This document shows, one piece after another, positions 11,961-24,501 of a DNA stretch of 64,000 bases. Position numbers and translations under genes: made by a program. The stretch is taken from NCBI RefSeq assembly GCF_041956535.1, contig NW_027192219.1, positions 299,866-363,865 on the forward strand. Reading direction: 5' to 3'. The DNA is from Calcarisporiella thermophila CBS 279.70. Taxonomy: Eukaryota; Fungi; Calcarisporiellomycota. The notes beneath the pieces are model-generated. The model saw only the letters and a list, made by a program, of their open reading frames with translations, had not been told where the DNA came from and searched no databases. Every line of letters starts with the position of its first letter. The stretch's first letter is position 1.

Positions 11961-13843
11961 TCAAAGGAGGCCCTTCTCCGGAAGGATCTCCAAGCCCTGG
12001 GTCCGCTGCATCCACCCGGTCTTCAGCCGCTTGAGCTCCCGCTCTTCTCGTGCATCGTCGTCATCGCCGTGGTCTATAGCGGGAGCCTCAGCCAACTTTT
12101 GCTTTTCCTTTTTCACCGCATCATTCCCCCGGCGCCGGCCCCTCTCCCTCTCCCTCTCCCTTGCCCTTTCTCGTTCCCCGCGCTTGGACCTGTGCGCCCG
12201 CCCCTCCACCAGCAGGCTCGTCAAGAGCTCCTTCTCCACCACCAGCTCGTCCACCATCTTCTCGAGCTGCAGCCTGCTCTCGCGCTGCCGCCGGGCATCG
12301 GCTGCCTCCTTCTCCAGCTGCGACAGGCGCAACTCGAGCTCCTCGTTTTTTGTCTGGAGCTCGAGTTGCTCCCGCGAGGGCGACGCCTTCGAGTAGGCCG
12401 AGGAGGAGGTGGAGCTTGAGGCGGATTGGGGCGAGCCGGGGACATGGGAGGGGGGAGGGGGGTGGGAGGGGTAGCATGCGGCGAGGCAGGATGGCGAGAG
12501 CTGGCGTGGAGGGGAGATGCGATCCCCGACCCCCGAGGGGATGTGGATGGGGGCCACGACCGGCTTTTGCCTTCGATGGGCCCCCCCTCGGTCCAGGGCG
12601 GAGAGCGGGGTTTCCCGCTGGGGCGACAGGGCGCCTGCGGCGGGAGAGGAGGCGGTGATGGCGGCGGCGGCTGCAGAGGAGAACGCAGGGGGGTGAGAGG
12701 GGGGCGGTGCGGTTGCCACGGGGGCGTGTCCCGACGCAAGCGTCTCGGGCGACAGGGCTCTTGCGGGCTTGGTCCTTAGGGGCGAGCTAACGCTTGGCGA
12801 GAGAAGGCTCCCGCTCTTTCCGCGGGCGCTCATGCAGGCACTCCGACCCTCCGTGCGCATGTGCCGATTCAGCGCATCCAGCCGCGCGAAGCTGCGGTGG
12901 CACACGTTGCAGACGTGGGGCCGCTCGCCCGTGTGAAGTTTTTGGTGCCGCTTGAGATCGTGCTGGCGGCGGAACTGCTGCTTGCACTCAGAACACTGCA
13001 AAGTAGAAGAGAAAAGAGAGGTCAAAGGCCATGCATGAACAGGGAAAAGACAGGGGGAAAGCGCATCATCGAGCAGCGGGAGAGGCGTGAAAAGGAGAAT
13101 GCGGCGAGAACACTCACCTCAAACGGACGCTCCTCGGTGTGGGTAAGGTAGTGGGATTTGAGATTGTGCTGTCTAGTAAAGGTCAGGTCGCACCGGTCGC
13201 AGGCGTATGGTTTTTCCGCGGCGGATGCCAGCGGGATGCCCGCGGAATTGGGCATCGACATTGGCGATGTCGCGCTTATTGCGATTGGCGAATTCAACCT
13301 CATCATCCCGATTCCACTTCCGAGAGCGGCGGCGCCCGAGCCTACGGTCGGCGTCAGCGGAGAGAAGCGGCCCACCCCGGCCGCGGACGCCGGATACTCC
13401 TGGCCCAGGGGGGTCAAAGCATGCTGGGCCTGCGGCTTCGGCTGGGGATCGGGCGGCGAGAGGGAGGGGAAGTGGGCGGAGGCGAGGGAAATGAATTTCG
13501 AGGGCGGCGGCAGGCGGGGGCGGTCCAAGGAATTTCTGCGCACGGGGGAGAGTGGCGTGGGAAGGGGGGGATTGCAGGTGGAGTAGGAGAGTGGCGGCAG
13601 CATGTGAGGATGGGCCATTGGGGCGGCGTCGGGGAAGGCGGAGGATTGGGAGGCCGGCATGGCCAGGGGCGAGGTCGGGGATGAGGCCGAGGGGAGGCCG
13701 TGGATCAGGGGGGGGATGGCGGGGGGCGGCAGGAATTTGCCCTGGCCGATGGCTCTTGTGTTGGAATGGGCCATGGAGAGCGGCGCGCAAAATGATTCCG
13801 CCCTGTTGTGTAATGGGAACAGAGCAGAAGTAGCAACCACCAT
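11961..13843 (-). CDS. Three-finger C2H2 zinc-finger transcription factor, Crz1-like finger pattern, with C-terminal coiled coil
   Basis: Intron 12996-13117 joins [28 protein letters not shown] to [54 protein letters not shown]. The FTRxxNLxSH, RQHDxKRH and FARxDALxRH pattern matches the Crz1 family. The start could be 13843 or 13774. Confidence 0.85.
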
Positions 13844-15437
13844 AGCCGCGCCGCGTGGCTTGAAATAAGTTGGGCCTTCCTCTTGCGCACGAAATCTTAT
13901 TTCTGGATTGTATTATGCTGGTGTAACCTCTCCATTCCAGAACATTCAAGTGATCTGAGCCCTATCTGCATTGGATGGCGGCCGGCCCCCCACCCATCCA
14001 GCGTGCAGGGGAAAAGACAACACCCGGGGTGGCGCAAGGCCGATGTAACACCGGAAAAATTGGGTTGTTTGGCCGCAAACCTGCTCTGCACGCCCCCGCC
14101 CCGCTGAAACGATCATGGAGCGATGGCCTGATTGATATCTGCAGCCCTCACCCGCATCCGGCATCGGCGCGCCGCCCCCTCTCTCCCTATAAAGCGCCCG
14201 GGGGATTGCGCGCGGGCCCGGGGCTGACCAGACCGCACGGATGGCCGCCAGCGAGGACCGCGAGTTTCTTCTTTCGAATCCCAACCACTCAGCGCCCGCC
14301 CCCCGGGGTTGGTGGCTCTGGTGGCTGCGTTGGCGGCTGACGTTTGGAAGGGGGCAGAGACGCCGAGTCGAGCCGCTACCGGAGGGTTTTGAGGCAGAGC
14401 CTAGGCTGCAAGGCTCACTGCTCCTGGACCGGAAGCTTAGGTTGGGGGCGGAGCGGGGACGGGCGGGTCGACGCGATTAGTCATGGCCAGCGCCGGGGAG
14501 TGGAGAAGGCCTGGCGGGGCCGGAGGAGTTCGAACCTGGATGAAGCTTCTTGGTTGACGGGCCTGCGCGCGGGTCCCGCGCTGCTACTCGCGCCTGCCGA
14601 GGCTGGACGCGAGAAGATTCTATAATGGGCGTGGGGCGGCTCCTCCACTCAAGCCCAGCCAACCCTTGCCCCAATGCATGTGCGAATTCAGGGTTTCAAG
14701 CCCAGCCCCCCCCCCCCGTCCACAAAGCCTTCGCCATGCTCTTTACACAAGCACAATGCGGTGCCACAAATCTTGGCGTGTCGACGTCACTGCCCCGCCG
14801 CCCTATGAGAGCCGGGCACCGCCCGTGGGGGGGAAGAGGGGCACCCTGCCGTCACCCCTCGCCCTGCGCTGGGCCGTCGGAGATGCCACAATGCTCTCGC
14901 CCCCCGGCCCCCATGTCACCGCCATGCCGGCCGCGCCAAGGCATGGCCTGGCTATCCCCCTCTTGGGCCGAATTCATGCGTCCTGCGCGGGCTAACCTGT
15001 AGGGTAAACCGCTCGGGCGCTGACGTTTCTCCCCTCCCAATATTACGTGATGATGCGGCTGGGCTCTCGACCAACCGGCCAACCCCCACGGCGTCCGTCG
15101 GGGCATGGGGGGAGGGGCCATCCACGGCTCGTGGCCGAGTTGATACGTCAGTTTTGAGTTGCAGGGTGACAACGTGCAACGGCCCAGCAGGAATCAGCTG
15201 AAAAGCTTCAGGGGAAGCTTGTGGCCATGTTCTGCTGGACAAGGTTCCCTGAGAAGCTTTCAGGGTTTTTTCCCCCCTGCCCGCCCCCATGCCGCTATTT
15301 CAGGCGGGCGGGCTATTCAGGTGTATATAGAGTATGTCTATATTGGGGAGGAGGCCGCGGCCTGGCTGACAAAGTCATCAAACAAATCTTTGGACACATG
15401 ACAAAAAAAATCAATAAAGTAAATGCATCATGGCTGC

Positions 15438-17368
15438 TCAGGCTATGCCCTGGAAAGAACTCGAGAGGAGTGTTTGAAGCGACCTAGTGTGCTCCCGATG
15501 CGCAAATCGGCGTGATAAATTTCGCGAGCGCATGGCTCGATACGCATCGACCAGATGATGGAACGAGCTCCGGCGGATCGCTGGATTTGGATGATGATGG
15601 GCGGAATAAAAATGAATGCGGCAGGCCAGCATGCTTGCCCCCATTGCCAACGGGTTACAGCCCAGATCGTGCTTGACCATGTCACAGAGGCGGAGAGTGA
15701 TCTTCCCTGCCGCCTTAGCACTCTCATCGAGTGCAACGGCACGCAGAGTGCGCATGATGGGCGTGTCCAGGCGCTCGGAGGACGGTTTTGAACACCTTGG
15801 CTCTAACAGTTCAAACCACGTTTTTGCCCATGCTCCCCAGTACATCATCTCAAAGAAGCAGTCCAGAGATGATCTCGTTTCAAGAGATGCCTCTGCCCTT
15901 GAAAGCAGGCTACCCACCGTGGTGGTGATGGATGCCATGGCGTCCAGCACCTCTTCGTCCGACCCGGCAAAGTCAATGCCCGGGAGTTTGACGAGAGCGG
16001 TGTACCACTCCGCCATCCGCGTCACATACAGCTATGTTATCCACGAGAGTTCAGAGAAACTGCGGCCTAGAGCCGTCGAAAGATTCTCAATCATTACCAA
16101 AGTGTCTCGAACCTCTTGCCCTTCGTGCGAGAGGGGCGACGGTTTGCACTCGTCCAGATCCCGTAGGATCAGGGCCGACGCCGGCTTTCCCCTGTAGAGC
16201 ACAAAAGAGAGCTCCAAAATATAGAGGAGCCACCTGCAGGGGGAATCGTGAATATGGCCGTTGAGAAGGGGTTTCAGGTGAAAGCCAAGTTGCTTAGTTA
16301 CCAGAGTCTCCTTCTTCGCTCCCTGCACGCCGGGCTGCTTTCCTTCGCACTCTCCCAATTCAGGCTCGGCGGTTGAGCCAGTGTGATGGCGAGATTCAGG
16401 TAAGAATAGGCCTCGCGCGCTGAATAGGCATCAAGATAGAGGGTCAAATTATAGGCGGCAAGAACGGTCATTTCGGAGGGGTCATCGAGTCTATCCCTGA
16501 CCTGGCCCATAGCGACGTTGGCACAGGTCTTCTCAAGGGACGAAAGATCGGCTCTAGAATAATCGTCCCCGTGGAAAGTCTTGGCGTGTTGAGCAGCAAG
16601 GGCCATGGCCGAACAGAGAAACGCCATATCGAGTGTGCCACGCAGGAACTGATCCATTAGCATGTCTCTCTCAAAGAGAATATGATTTGAAAAGCATTGG
16701 GGGTCGAGGTATACGCGGAAGAGTCGATTGGCAAGCGGGTTGTAGACGAGTTGCTCATGCTCTAATACGCCACGAGCAGATGTTAACTCTCTACTAATGT
16801 TGTTGGGATGGGTATTGGGCGCCGCTTCAGGAGTGTATCGTTCGAAATCGAGACGCCTATGAGTGGCCAATGTGGATGAAATTAAAGGAAGCTTCAGCGT
16901 GGCAGAAGCTAATCGAGTGTCGAGTGGTTTGTTGATGAGATAATCCCTTAGAAATTCATGAAGATCCCCCAGGTTATTCAGCATGATGTTAATTCGGAGA
17001 CTTTGGTCGAGCAGAGTCGCTTCCAATATTGGTCGACTGTGTTCGGCGTGTAAATTCTCGGGGATTGGATTAGACATCGGCCTAGGCGAAAGTCGTTCGC
17101 GGCACGACTTTAAATTACAATACCTGTTCCGGAGTTCAGCGATGAAGTGATTTGCAAGCTCGACATGGTGACTCAGTTCGGCCACCCGAGCCCAGAGATT
17201 CACGCCGAGGTCCTCAATGGGCACCAGTTCTCCACGCAACTCACCGTCTTTCATTATGCAGGCCTGAGGCTGCGAAAGGAGACATGGGTCAAAACGAGGC
17301 GGATGGCTTTGGCTCAGCTGTATTCGTTGGAACGTGCTCGTGTCACTCGCGAGCAAATCCAATGGCAC
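15438..17368 (-). CDS. Fungal-specific transcription factor (Fungal_trans/middle-homology region) protein
   Basis: Motifs include 'FLCSAMALAAQH', 'PSEMTVLAAYNL...AYSYLNLAITLAQ..LN' and 'RERRRRLWWLLYILELSFVLYRGKP' after splicing (~16300-16234). A second probable intron (~16097-16032) removes an in-frame TAG. The start is uncertain and no Zn2Cys6 cluster was found. Confidence 0.75.
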
Positions 17369-18375
17369 CCTGTACTTTAATAGAATAATGCCTATTTAGT
17401 GTAGGATAGTTTGGGTTCAATAAAGCCGACCATGCTTCCTCGGCCTTATTCTATTAAGCGCAAGCCGCCTATTCTACTACAAAGGAGGAAAAAAAAAGGC
17501 ACCATTGAGTGGTGTGGATCAGTATGCAAATGCATTTAACTGCAGCTAGTGTGGCGATGAAGCCCAGCTGAAATGAATCGGCTTGGATTTTTTCATAATA
17601 TCGCAACCCATCCGATTATGGACCTCTAGCTGCACTCAAAGGGCATAATAGTACAATGATAGACTTGGTACTTTCAAAAAAGGTTATAATGTGAATTCCT
17701 CGCCTGTTCTACTATTAGTAGGAACTTTTGTGATCCATCCTAAGGATAATAGAATGAGCCAGTTCAAGGCAGGGTGGTTCAATGAATATCTGTGATGAGG
17801 GCATTTGGATAGTAAGTCGGCGTTCAACCTCTGTTGTGACCGATAACGCTTGGGCACTGTTTTGAAGAGTAAAGTAGGGAAATGAAATATGAGGCATAGC
17901 CCTAAATAGGCTATTACCTGCACCTTTCACTCATCACTTCTAAATATCTCCCATTGGGTATCATAAGGTGCCCTATTAAAACTTTGGTTCGCTCCATCAT
18001 TGATATGCGTGGCCATTATGTTAAGCAATCCTTTTTACGATTTGGTGTCTACCGTAAAATATGTTTAGAGTGACCCGGAAGTCAACGCGGCTACACATCA
18101 AGGGCCCCGTATTAAACAGCCTAAACAGTGAAAAAATCGAGAGCAGCTGATTTTCTAAGCTCTCAGCTATACCGTTGCTGATGTTTCTTGCAATATCATT
18201 ACGAAGCGACCAATCTATCTGTTCCATGACGCGCAGTTACCTTATATTTTATAATAATTATTGGAATTCCTGTTGTCGTCGACCTTGAGAGATTCTTGCG
18301 GCTTAGATGTTCGACTCTTTTGAACTCAGCAGCAACTTAAGACAGCTTTCTAGCAAGGAATAGTGGATCGGGATC

Positions 18376-19582
18376 ATGATCGGCTATATCATCCTGATAT
18401 CAGCCCTTGTGGTGGCCTACAAGACCAATCCTACGGAAGCATCGTTCCGCAACTACATCTCCAATGCTTCTTCTCAGAATGCTAATCGTGCGACCCTCTC
18501 ATCCTGGCTCAACACCCTCCTCCCAACCCGCCCTGAATTCACGCACACGGACTACGTGTTCTTTAGCATTGTATCGGCGAAGCGGTCGAGTGCAACCTAT
18601 CTTGGCTGCTTTGGGCAATGGTTCCTGGTAAGCGAGATGGTGCAACGACAAGAGGGCGGAAGAGGCGGCAGCGAGCAAGAAAATCTGGAGATGGAGGAGC
18701 GGGCCAATGCTGAGAAGGATGCGGCGGTGAAGGCAAAGGTGAAGCGGGATTACAAGGTCGCAGGCGACAGATACGTAAGCGCGGCAAAGAAATTTGAAAT
18801 GGGGATGGGCGAGTACCAGCAGATGGAGGCGGCCATGTGCTATGAAGAGGCCTACAAAGCATACAAAAATGCAAAGGAGCCCGAGAGCCTAGGTGAGTGG
18901 CCGAATGGTGACTTTGTGATTTCGGGCTAGGTGAGCACTGACGCGCTTTCCATTATTTTTCTGCTTCGCGACTCTAGAAAAGGCCCTAAACTGTCTCGAC
19001 ACGGCCGCCAAGCTCTTTGCCGCCCAAGGAAAACAACTCTCTCGTGCGGCACGGCTCTTTGATACCCTTGCCGAGAACCACCACCATCATCCCTATCAAC
19101 CGAACCTCGACAAGGCTGCCTCCTACTACGCACAGGCGGCGGACTATTATGAGGCGGACGGCGATGGCCGCGCGTTGTTCTCGCTCTCGAAACAGGTGGA
19201 GCTGCTCCTGGAACTGAACCGATACGACCAGGCGCTCAAGCTCCTCGAAAGAGTGGTGGGAGAAGCTGAACGCGATTCCGCGCTGCAATTCAAGGTCAAA
19301 GACTACCTCCTGTGGGGACTCTTGTGTGGGGTCGGTCTTGGAGACTGGGAGGAGGTTCGGAAGATGCTCGACCGGTACGAGACGCAGCAACCGACATTTT
19401 CGGATACACGCGAGTGCACGCTGGTGCGCCAGCTGCTTGTCGCACGAGACAATGTGGATCCTGATGGGTATGGCGAGGCGTGCAAGCGGTACGACTCAAT
19501 CTCGCCTCTGAAGCCGTGGCAGATTACCGCTCTGCTGAGTGGGAAGAAGGAGCTAGAGACGGAAGAAGGGAGTTTACGCTAG
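18376..19582 (+). CDS. N-terminally membrane-anchored alpha-SNAP/Sec17-like protein
   Basis: Intron ~18892-18977. The hydrophobic N-terminus is followed by a 'TNPTEASF...DYVFFSIV...YLGCFGQW' module. SNAP-like TPR helices follow (AGDRYVSAA, AAMCYEEAYKAYK, KAASYYAQAADYYEAD, LQFKVKDYLL, PTFSDTREC, YDSISPLKPWQITAL), ending EEGSLR. Confidence 0.8.
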
Positions 19583-20116
19583 AGTCCCCGCCCCCACCTT
19601 CCATGGACCGCACATTCATAACCCTGTTAGAAATAGTCGATTACCCTCCCCTCCTCTCCCCCTTCAATGTATTATTCTGCGTTAGCTGCTTTTCTATTTT
19701 CTAAAGGAAACTTTTTAATATTTTTATTTCGATTCAAAAAGAAATATGAATAGGAACTCAAAAATAGAAGGTTTGCATAGTGAAGAAAATGAAACATGGA
19801 TAAAAGAAAGAACAAAATAAAAAAGGGCCGGAACAAGGTAGACAAAAAATGGTGGGGGGCGGGGGGAGGCTAGGTGGTTGGAGAAAGTGAGCCAAACATG
19901 ACACCTAGCCATTTTTATCTCAGTCAACTCCTTCTCTTTCATCTATGGACCAGTGATGAGATGGGAAACACCATAAGGAATTGGTGGGAGAGGGGTGGGA
20001 GTAGTATAGACGCGGAGCTGAGAAAGAGAGGAAGAGAACAGAAAAAAGAATTAGAAGACCAAAAATGCTATACAAGGATATCAGGCTATATATTGCGATG
20101 CTGCTGTATGTGAAAG

Positions 20117-21197
20117 CTAGTTTGCGAGATAGTTTCCTCCACGATACCCTGTCATGTCCAGGCACCGCTTTGGAAGCACTCCCTTCACATTGCCTCGTGT
20201 GAGATTGATTCCCTGCACCCAGCCATCGTCATACTCGGTTAGAACGGTGACCTGATCGCCCGGCTGCACTTCGAGCTCGTCTCCGAGCGTGGGGGTATAG
20301 GTTGCCACCACCGTGTAGGTTCCCTTGGGGCGGCCATTGCCCGGCTTGACTTGACCCTTTTCGCGCTGAGAGGGGGAGTCGCCGAACTCGGCCGCCGACT
20401 TTGCGATCAAGGCGCTGGTAATTTCACGACGACGACGGTACCGGGCGTACGAGAAGAATCCCACCGTCATGGCGATAAGGCCGCCCGCGCACCCGAGACC
20501 CGCGATCAGGCCGGTACTGATTCCGGTGGAGACCTGCTGTCCCTCCGCCGCGTTGATCGATTGCATGGTGCTTTGTGCTCTTTGATGATCGGCCAGGGTG
20601 GTGCCGTGCCCTGGCACTTGGGGGCCGGGAGAAAGGGTGGGCATCGCGTTCGGCGGAAGAGCCTTTTGCCCGACTGTATCTGCCACTGAAACAATAAAGA
20701 AAATCGTTTAAAAATACGGGAAAATAAACAAAAAGAGCGCTTTGATGTTAACTACCCATCTTCTGGCCCGGAGGCGGGAGCTGGGGCACCTGCCCGCCTG
20801 GTGGAACTACCGGCCGCTGCACCTGCTGCTGCTGTTGTTGCTGCGGCAAATGGGGCGCCTGCTGCTGCTGCTGCTGTTGCTGTGGTGGTGGTTGCTGTTT
20901 TGCTGGTTCTGGAGCTGCTGCACCTACAGGTTTAGCGACATTTACATTGGCATTGGGCTTGTTTTCACCAGCACCCACGGCCGGCCGGTTGTTCTCCACG
21001 CGAGCCGGCTCTTTTGCATTGCCGGCATCACGCGGTGGCTCCGGACCTCCGGCAACCGCTCTTTCTAAGAGGCGTCCAGCTGGGAAATGGGCTAGATGCT
21101 GGTGAGATGGAACGGTGATATCACTCTGGGTGGCAGAGATCAAAAGGATTGAGTAAGTGGCACAGAGAATAATTACAATACAATAGACTAGACGCAT
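20117..21197 (-). CDS. Type I single-pass membrane protein with Q/P-rich ectodomain and cytoplasmic SH3 domain
   Basis: Signal peptide MRLVYCIVIILCATYSILLISA, polyQ/P ectodomain, intron ~20752-20688, TM 'LIAGLGCAGGLIAMTVGFFSYA' followed by RYRRRR, and SH3 'VVATYTPTLGDELEVQPGDQV....YDDGWVQG....GVLPKRCL'. Confidence 0.85.
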
Positions 21198-22476
21198 AGT
21201 ATAGTATGTCTAAAGATGGAGGCGAAGGGCTACAAGCATTAAGAAAAGATCAGTCAAGACAAAACAAAAACGGTATGAAAGATGGGGGGCGGAAAAAAAA
21301 TCTGATGAGATCCTAAGTTGCAAAAGGAGGGGCAAGATGGGCCTAAAAGATTTCCCCCTGGATTAGGCTTTAATGGGGATGGAATTGACGCGTAAGGACA
21401 CAAAGGGAACAAAAGATGCCTGGCAGTACGAACAAGCAATTTGGTTTCCCAAGAGAGATGGGCAAGGAATAAATAGGGGAATGGCGATGGGGACCAAAGG
21501 AAGGAAGAATGGCGATCGATTGGGGGAGGATGGTGGAGGAGAAGCAAGCTTATAGAAAGTAGAAAACAAAAAAATAGGTACCACTGTAGCAAAGACCTGT
21601 TTTAATTAGGTGTGGCCAATCAACGCAGCCTGCATTCGATTACTTTCCTTAATGAAAACTGGGAATTCGAATTTCTCCCACTGTAGTTATAGAGGGGGGA
21701 TATCCTGACTTTGCCACGATAAAATACTGACTTGGCGGACCACACTGTATTCAAACAAAGGCATGCGTCTCTCCGCCCATCCCATCTGCTTCGTCTGCCT
21801 TCCGGGAGGCGATTATCCTTACGCGTACATCGCGTCTCTGCCCTCCTACGATTCGCATCATGATGGAAAAGGAAACCGGCATGTCCTAAAGAAAGCGAGA
21901 TGGAAGAACTGGAAAATACGTGCGGATTTCCTATTTGGTTGATGGGGATCAACCGTACAAGGATTGGATGATCGCTCCCTTTTCTATGCGTCTATTTTTA
22001 GGCTTATTGGAAGCCATTGAAATATCGGGGTCAACCCGTGTAAAAAAGTTTTCACCACACCGCAAGCATTCAACTACGCCGCGTAGTTTGAAAGAGTATT
22101 CACTCGAATTTACCCTCCAATGCATTTGAACACGTGTAGCTAAAAAAAGCGGCCATTTTCATATACCAGTTTTTCTTTTCTTAGCATATTATAAGGGTAA
22201 AATGGGAACGGTTGAAGAAAACATGGGCGTCGTTCAAGGGAAAGAGACCAGTTTAAGAAAGAAAAGAAAAAAGAAATATCTACAAAAGAACCACCTAGTA
22301 ATATAGAGAAATCCCTGGCCCCAGAAGAAACAAAAATGCAATAGTAAAATAATTAAAGCTACCTATGAAAGCGAAAAGGAAAATAGAAAGATATTTGATG
22401 TAAAAGACATGTAATCAATGAGGTATATAGAAGGAGGAAGAGAAAAATAGAAGGAAAAGAGGATCCACGTTGCCTA

Positions 22477-24501
22477 TTATTCTTGCTCAGCCATTTTTTT
22501 TATGACAATCCCCGGAACATATCCCTCATCGGCCCCGGGAATGGCGAACAGTGCGTCGCTTAGCTCCGCGTTGGGATTGTAGTTCGCAAAGGTGACCTCG
22601 GCCGAGAGGGTGGGAAACACGGGGATCGAGGCACGCACGGGGAAACCGGGCGGGAGTTTTGCGCTGATGAAGTCCCGCAACTTGCTTGCAAGGCGGTTCG
22701 AGCCCATGCCTAGCACCTCCAGCACAGGAAGAAACTGTTCGATTTTAAGGGGGAAGCCGCGCTGGCCCTCCCCGGCGCTCTCGTCGCACATCCACAGTGT
22801 GGCGCCAAGCACCTTGGTGCTCTCCTTCATGGCGAGAGGCCGCCCCAGATGCAGGTACTGCGTATCGTCGGGGTTGAAATAGTCGTCGTAGGACACGCCA
22901 GGGGGAGAGGGGGGAGTCAAGGAGGGGCGAAATGTCCGTAGTTGCTTCAGCTCAGCCTCGGCCTCCTCCATAGCCGTTTCAAAGGAAGTATCATCCACCT
23001 CGTCCACCATCTCAGACCCATTGCATCGACTGGAACTAATGCTCAAGCGGGAGGAAATGTCATCACTGCTGTGCTGCGCAATGCTATCGATATTGTTGTA
23101 GGATTTCTTGCGTGACTCCGCAGGGGTCCTCTTTTTGCGGGGGAGCCGGTGCTTGAGCTGCTCCAGGTTTTCCAGGTGTTCAGTACGCACCCGGGTGCGC
23201 AGCTCAATGCCCTCCATCCGCCAGACGGAGCACTCAAATTCGCCCACTTTCTCTTTGCGATTTGAGCGGAAGCCCCAAAGCCCTGCTTTGGAGCGCACGA
23301 ACCGGATCGCAGACATGGGTATATTGGTAGCGGACTAGGAGGTAGACAGGAGAATAGAGGAGGAGGAGGAGAATGTGAGTTTTTAGTGTTATCCACTAGG
23401 TCACTAGTAAACATCGACATCAACTTACAATTTCGCTATTAAGGTTAAAGGATATACTCTCCGCAAGATCATCCTCCAGCACGGGAGAGAATGTGCCCAT
23501 CGGTGAACAAAACAGTCGTTGAGTATATTTCTTAACATGGTCCACTACCGTCAAAGTTGGCCCTAAAAACGCATAGGCGGTTAGGCGAGTTTCTCTTTGG
23601 GTCAACGGAGGAGGAAAAGCTAAGGGGGAAATACCAGTCTTCTCATCCACTTTAAAAATGAAACTAAGGCGCCCTCGGATCCATTTTAGTTTTTCAAAGC
23701 CAACTAATAAGGAAGGAGAGGGGGGGGAGTGCAAAAAATATGGGTAGAGAGAGGATTAGAGGCCTGCAACGAGTGTGGAAATGCTTGAAATTCATCTACC
23801 TAGGGTGGTATCCATCCGTAAAGAAGAGCCTTTTTTCCAAATCAGATAGGTATCACTTGGGCAGAGACTTGAAACAAAAGGAACTAAAATATTTAAACCG
23901 GATCAATTTGCATCATGTTCAGATAACATATCATATAAGCTTACCCCAACTCTGGAATTGCCTAGAGTAAGGACAAAAAGAGGAGTTCAGTAATGAATAT
24001 ACGGCGAAGATATGAGTTATAGATTTACCAATGCAATTCCATGTAGAAATCATTCAATTCTTTCGATAGGTTTTTAACGAGCTGTGAGGCGCGCTTCTGG
24101 AAGAAGCCGTTGAGTTCCTCCCTTTTTCTTCGCATCTATTGTCGGAGATGTCATTAAGATATCAGGTGTATATCTCCTCTATCTTGTCTGTTCATCCTTA
24201 CCACAAGCTCTATTACAGTTCTATCCCCGTAGCTTGTTGCCTCTTGTAGTGCACTCCAATTTAATTTATTCCGTGACGAGGCTGACGCGCCGGCCTGTAG
24301 TAGTAATTCCACCATCTCCACACGGCCAAGCTGGACGGCTAGATGGAGAGGCGGCATTCCACGATGGTCGGGATCATCAATGCCAGGGTAGGGCTTCTCG
24401 CGGGTATGAAATGCGAGAAGTTTGCGTAGCCGATCAAAATTATTTAGGAAAATAAGACGATGCAGGTGCTCTGGGCCTTCGTTGAGATTGGGCTGTGTCA
24501 T
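22477..24501 (-). CDS. ANKRD13-like protein (ankyrin repeats + GPCR-chaperone domain), multi-exon
   Basis: Ankyrin repeats 'GMPPLHLAVQLGR..MVELLLQAGA...WSALQEATSYG'. The spliced 'DFYMELHWQFQSW..FVSSLCPSDTYLIWKKGSSLRMDTTL.GFEKLKWIRGRLSFIF' and the C-terminal 'KLRDFISAKLPPGFPVRASIPVFPTLSAEVTF' are ANKRD13 signatures. Confidence 0.9.

Noticed and set aside
3455-15400. Many overlapping and antisense ORFs in GC-rich segments (also 29237-29788 and within UTP20/KOG1)
   Set aside because: These are expected shadow ORFs of GC-rich or codon-biased sequence, with no recognisable motifs.
16032-16034. In-frame TAG suggesting the Fungal_trans gene is a pseudogene
   Set aside because: The TAG is the probable acceptor of a phase-0 intron of ~66 nt (TTG|GTAATG...ACATAG|CTG), so splicing removes it.
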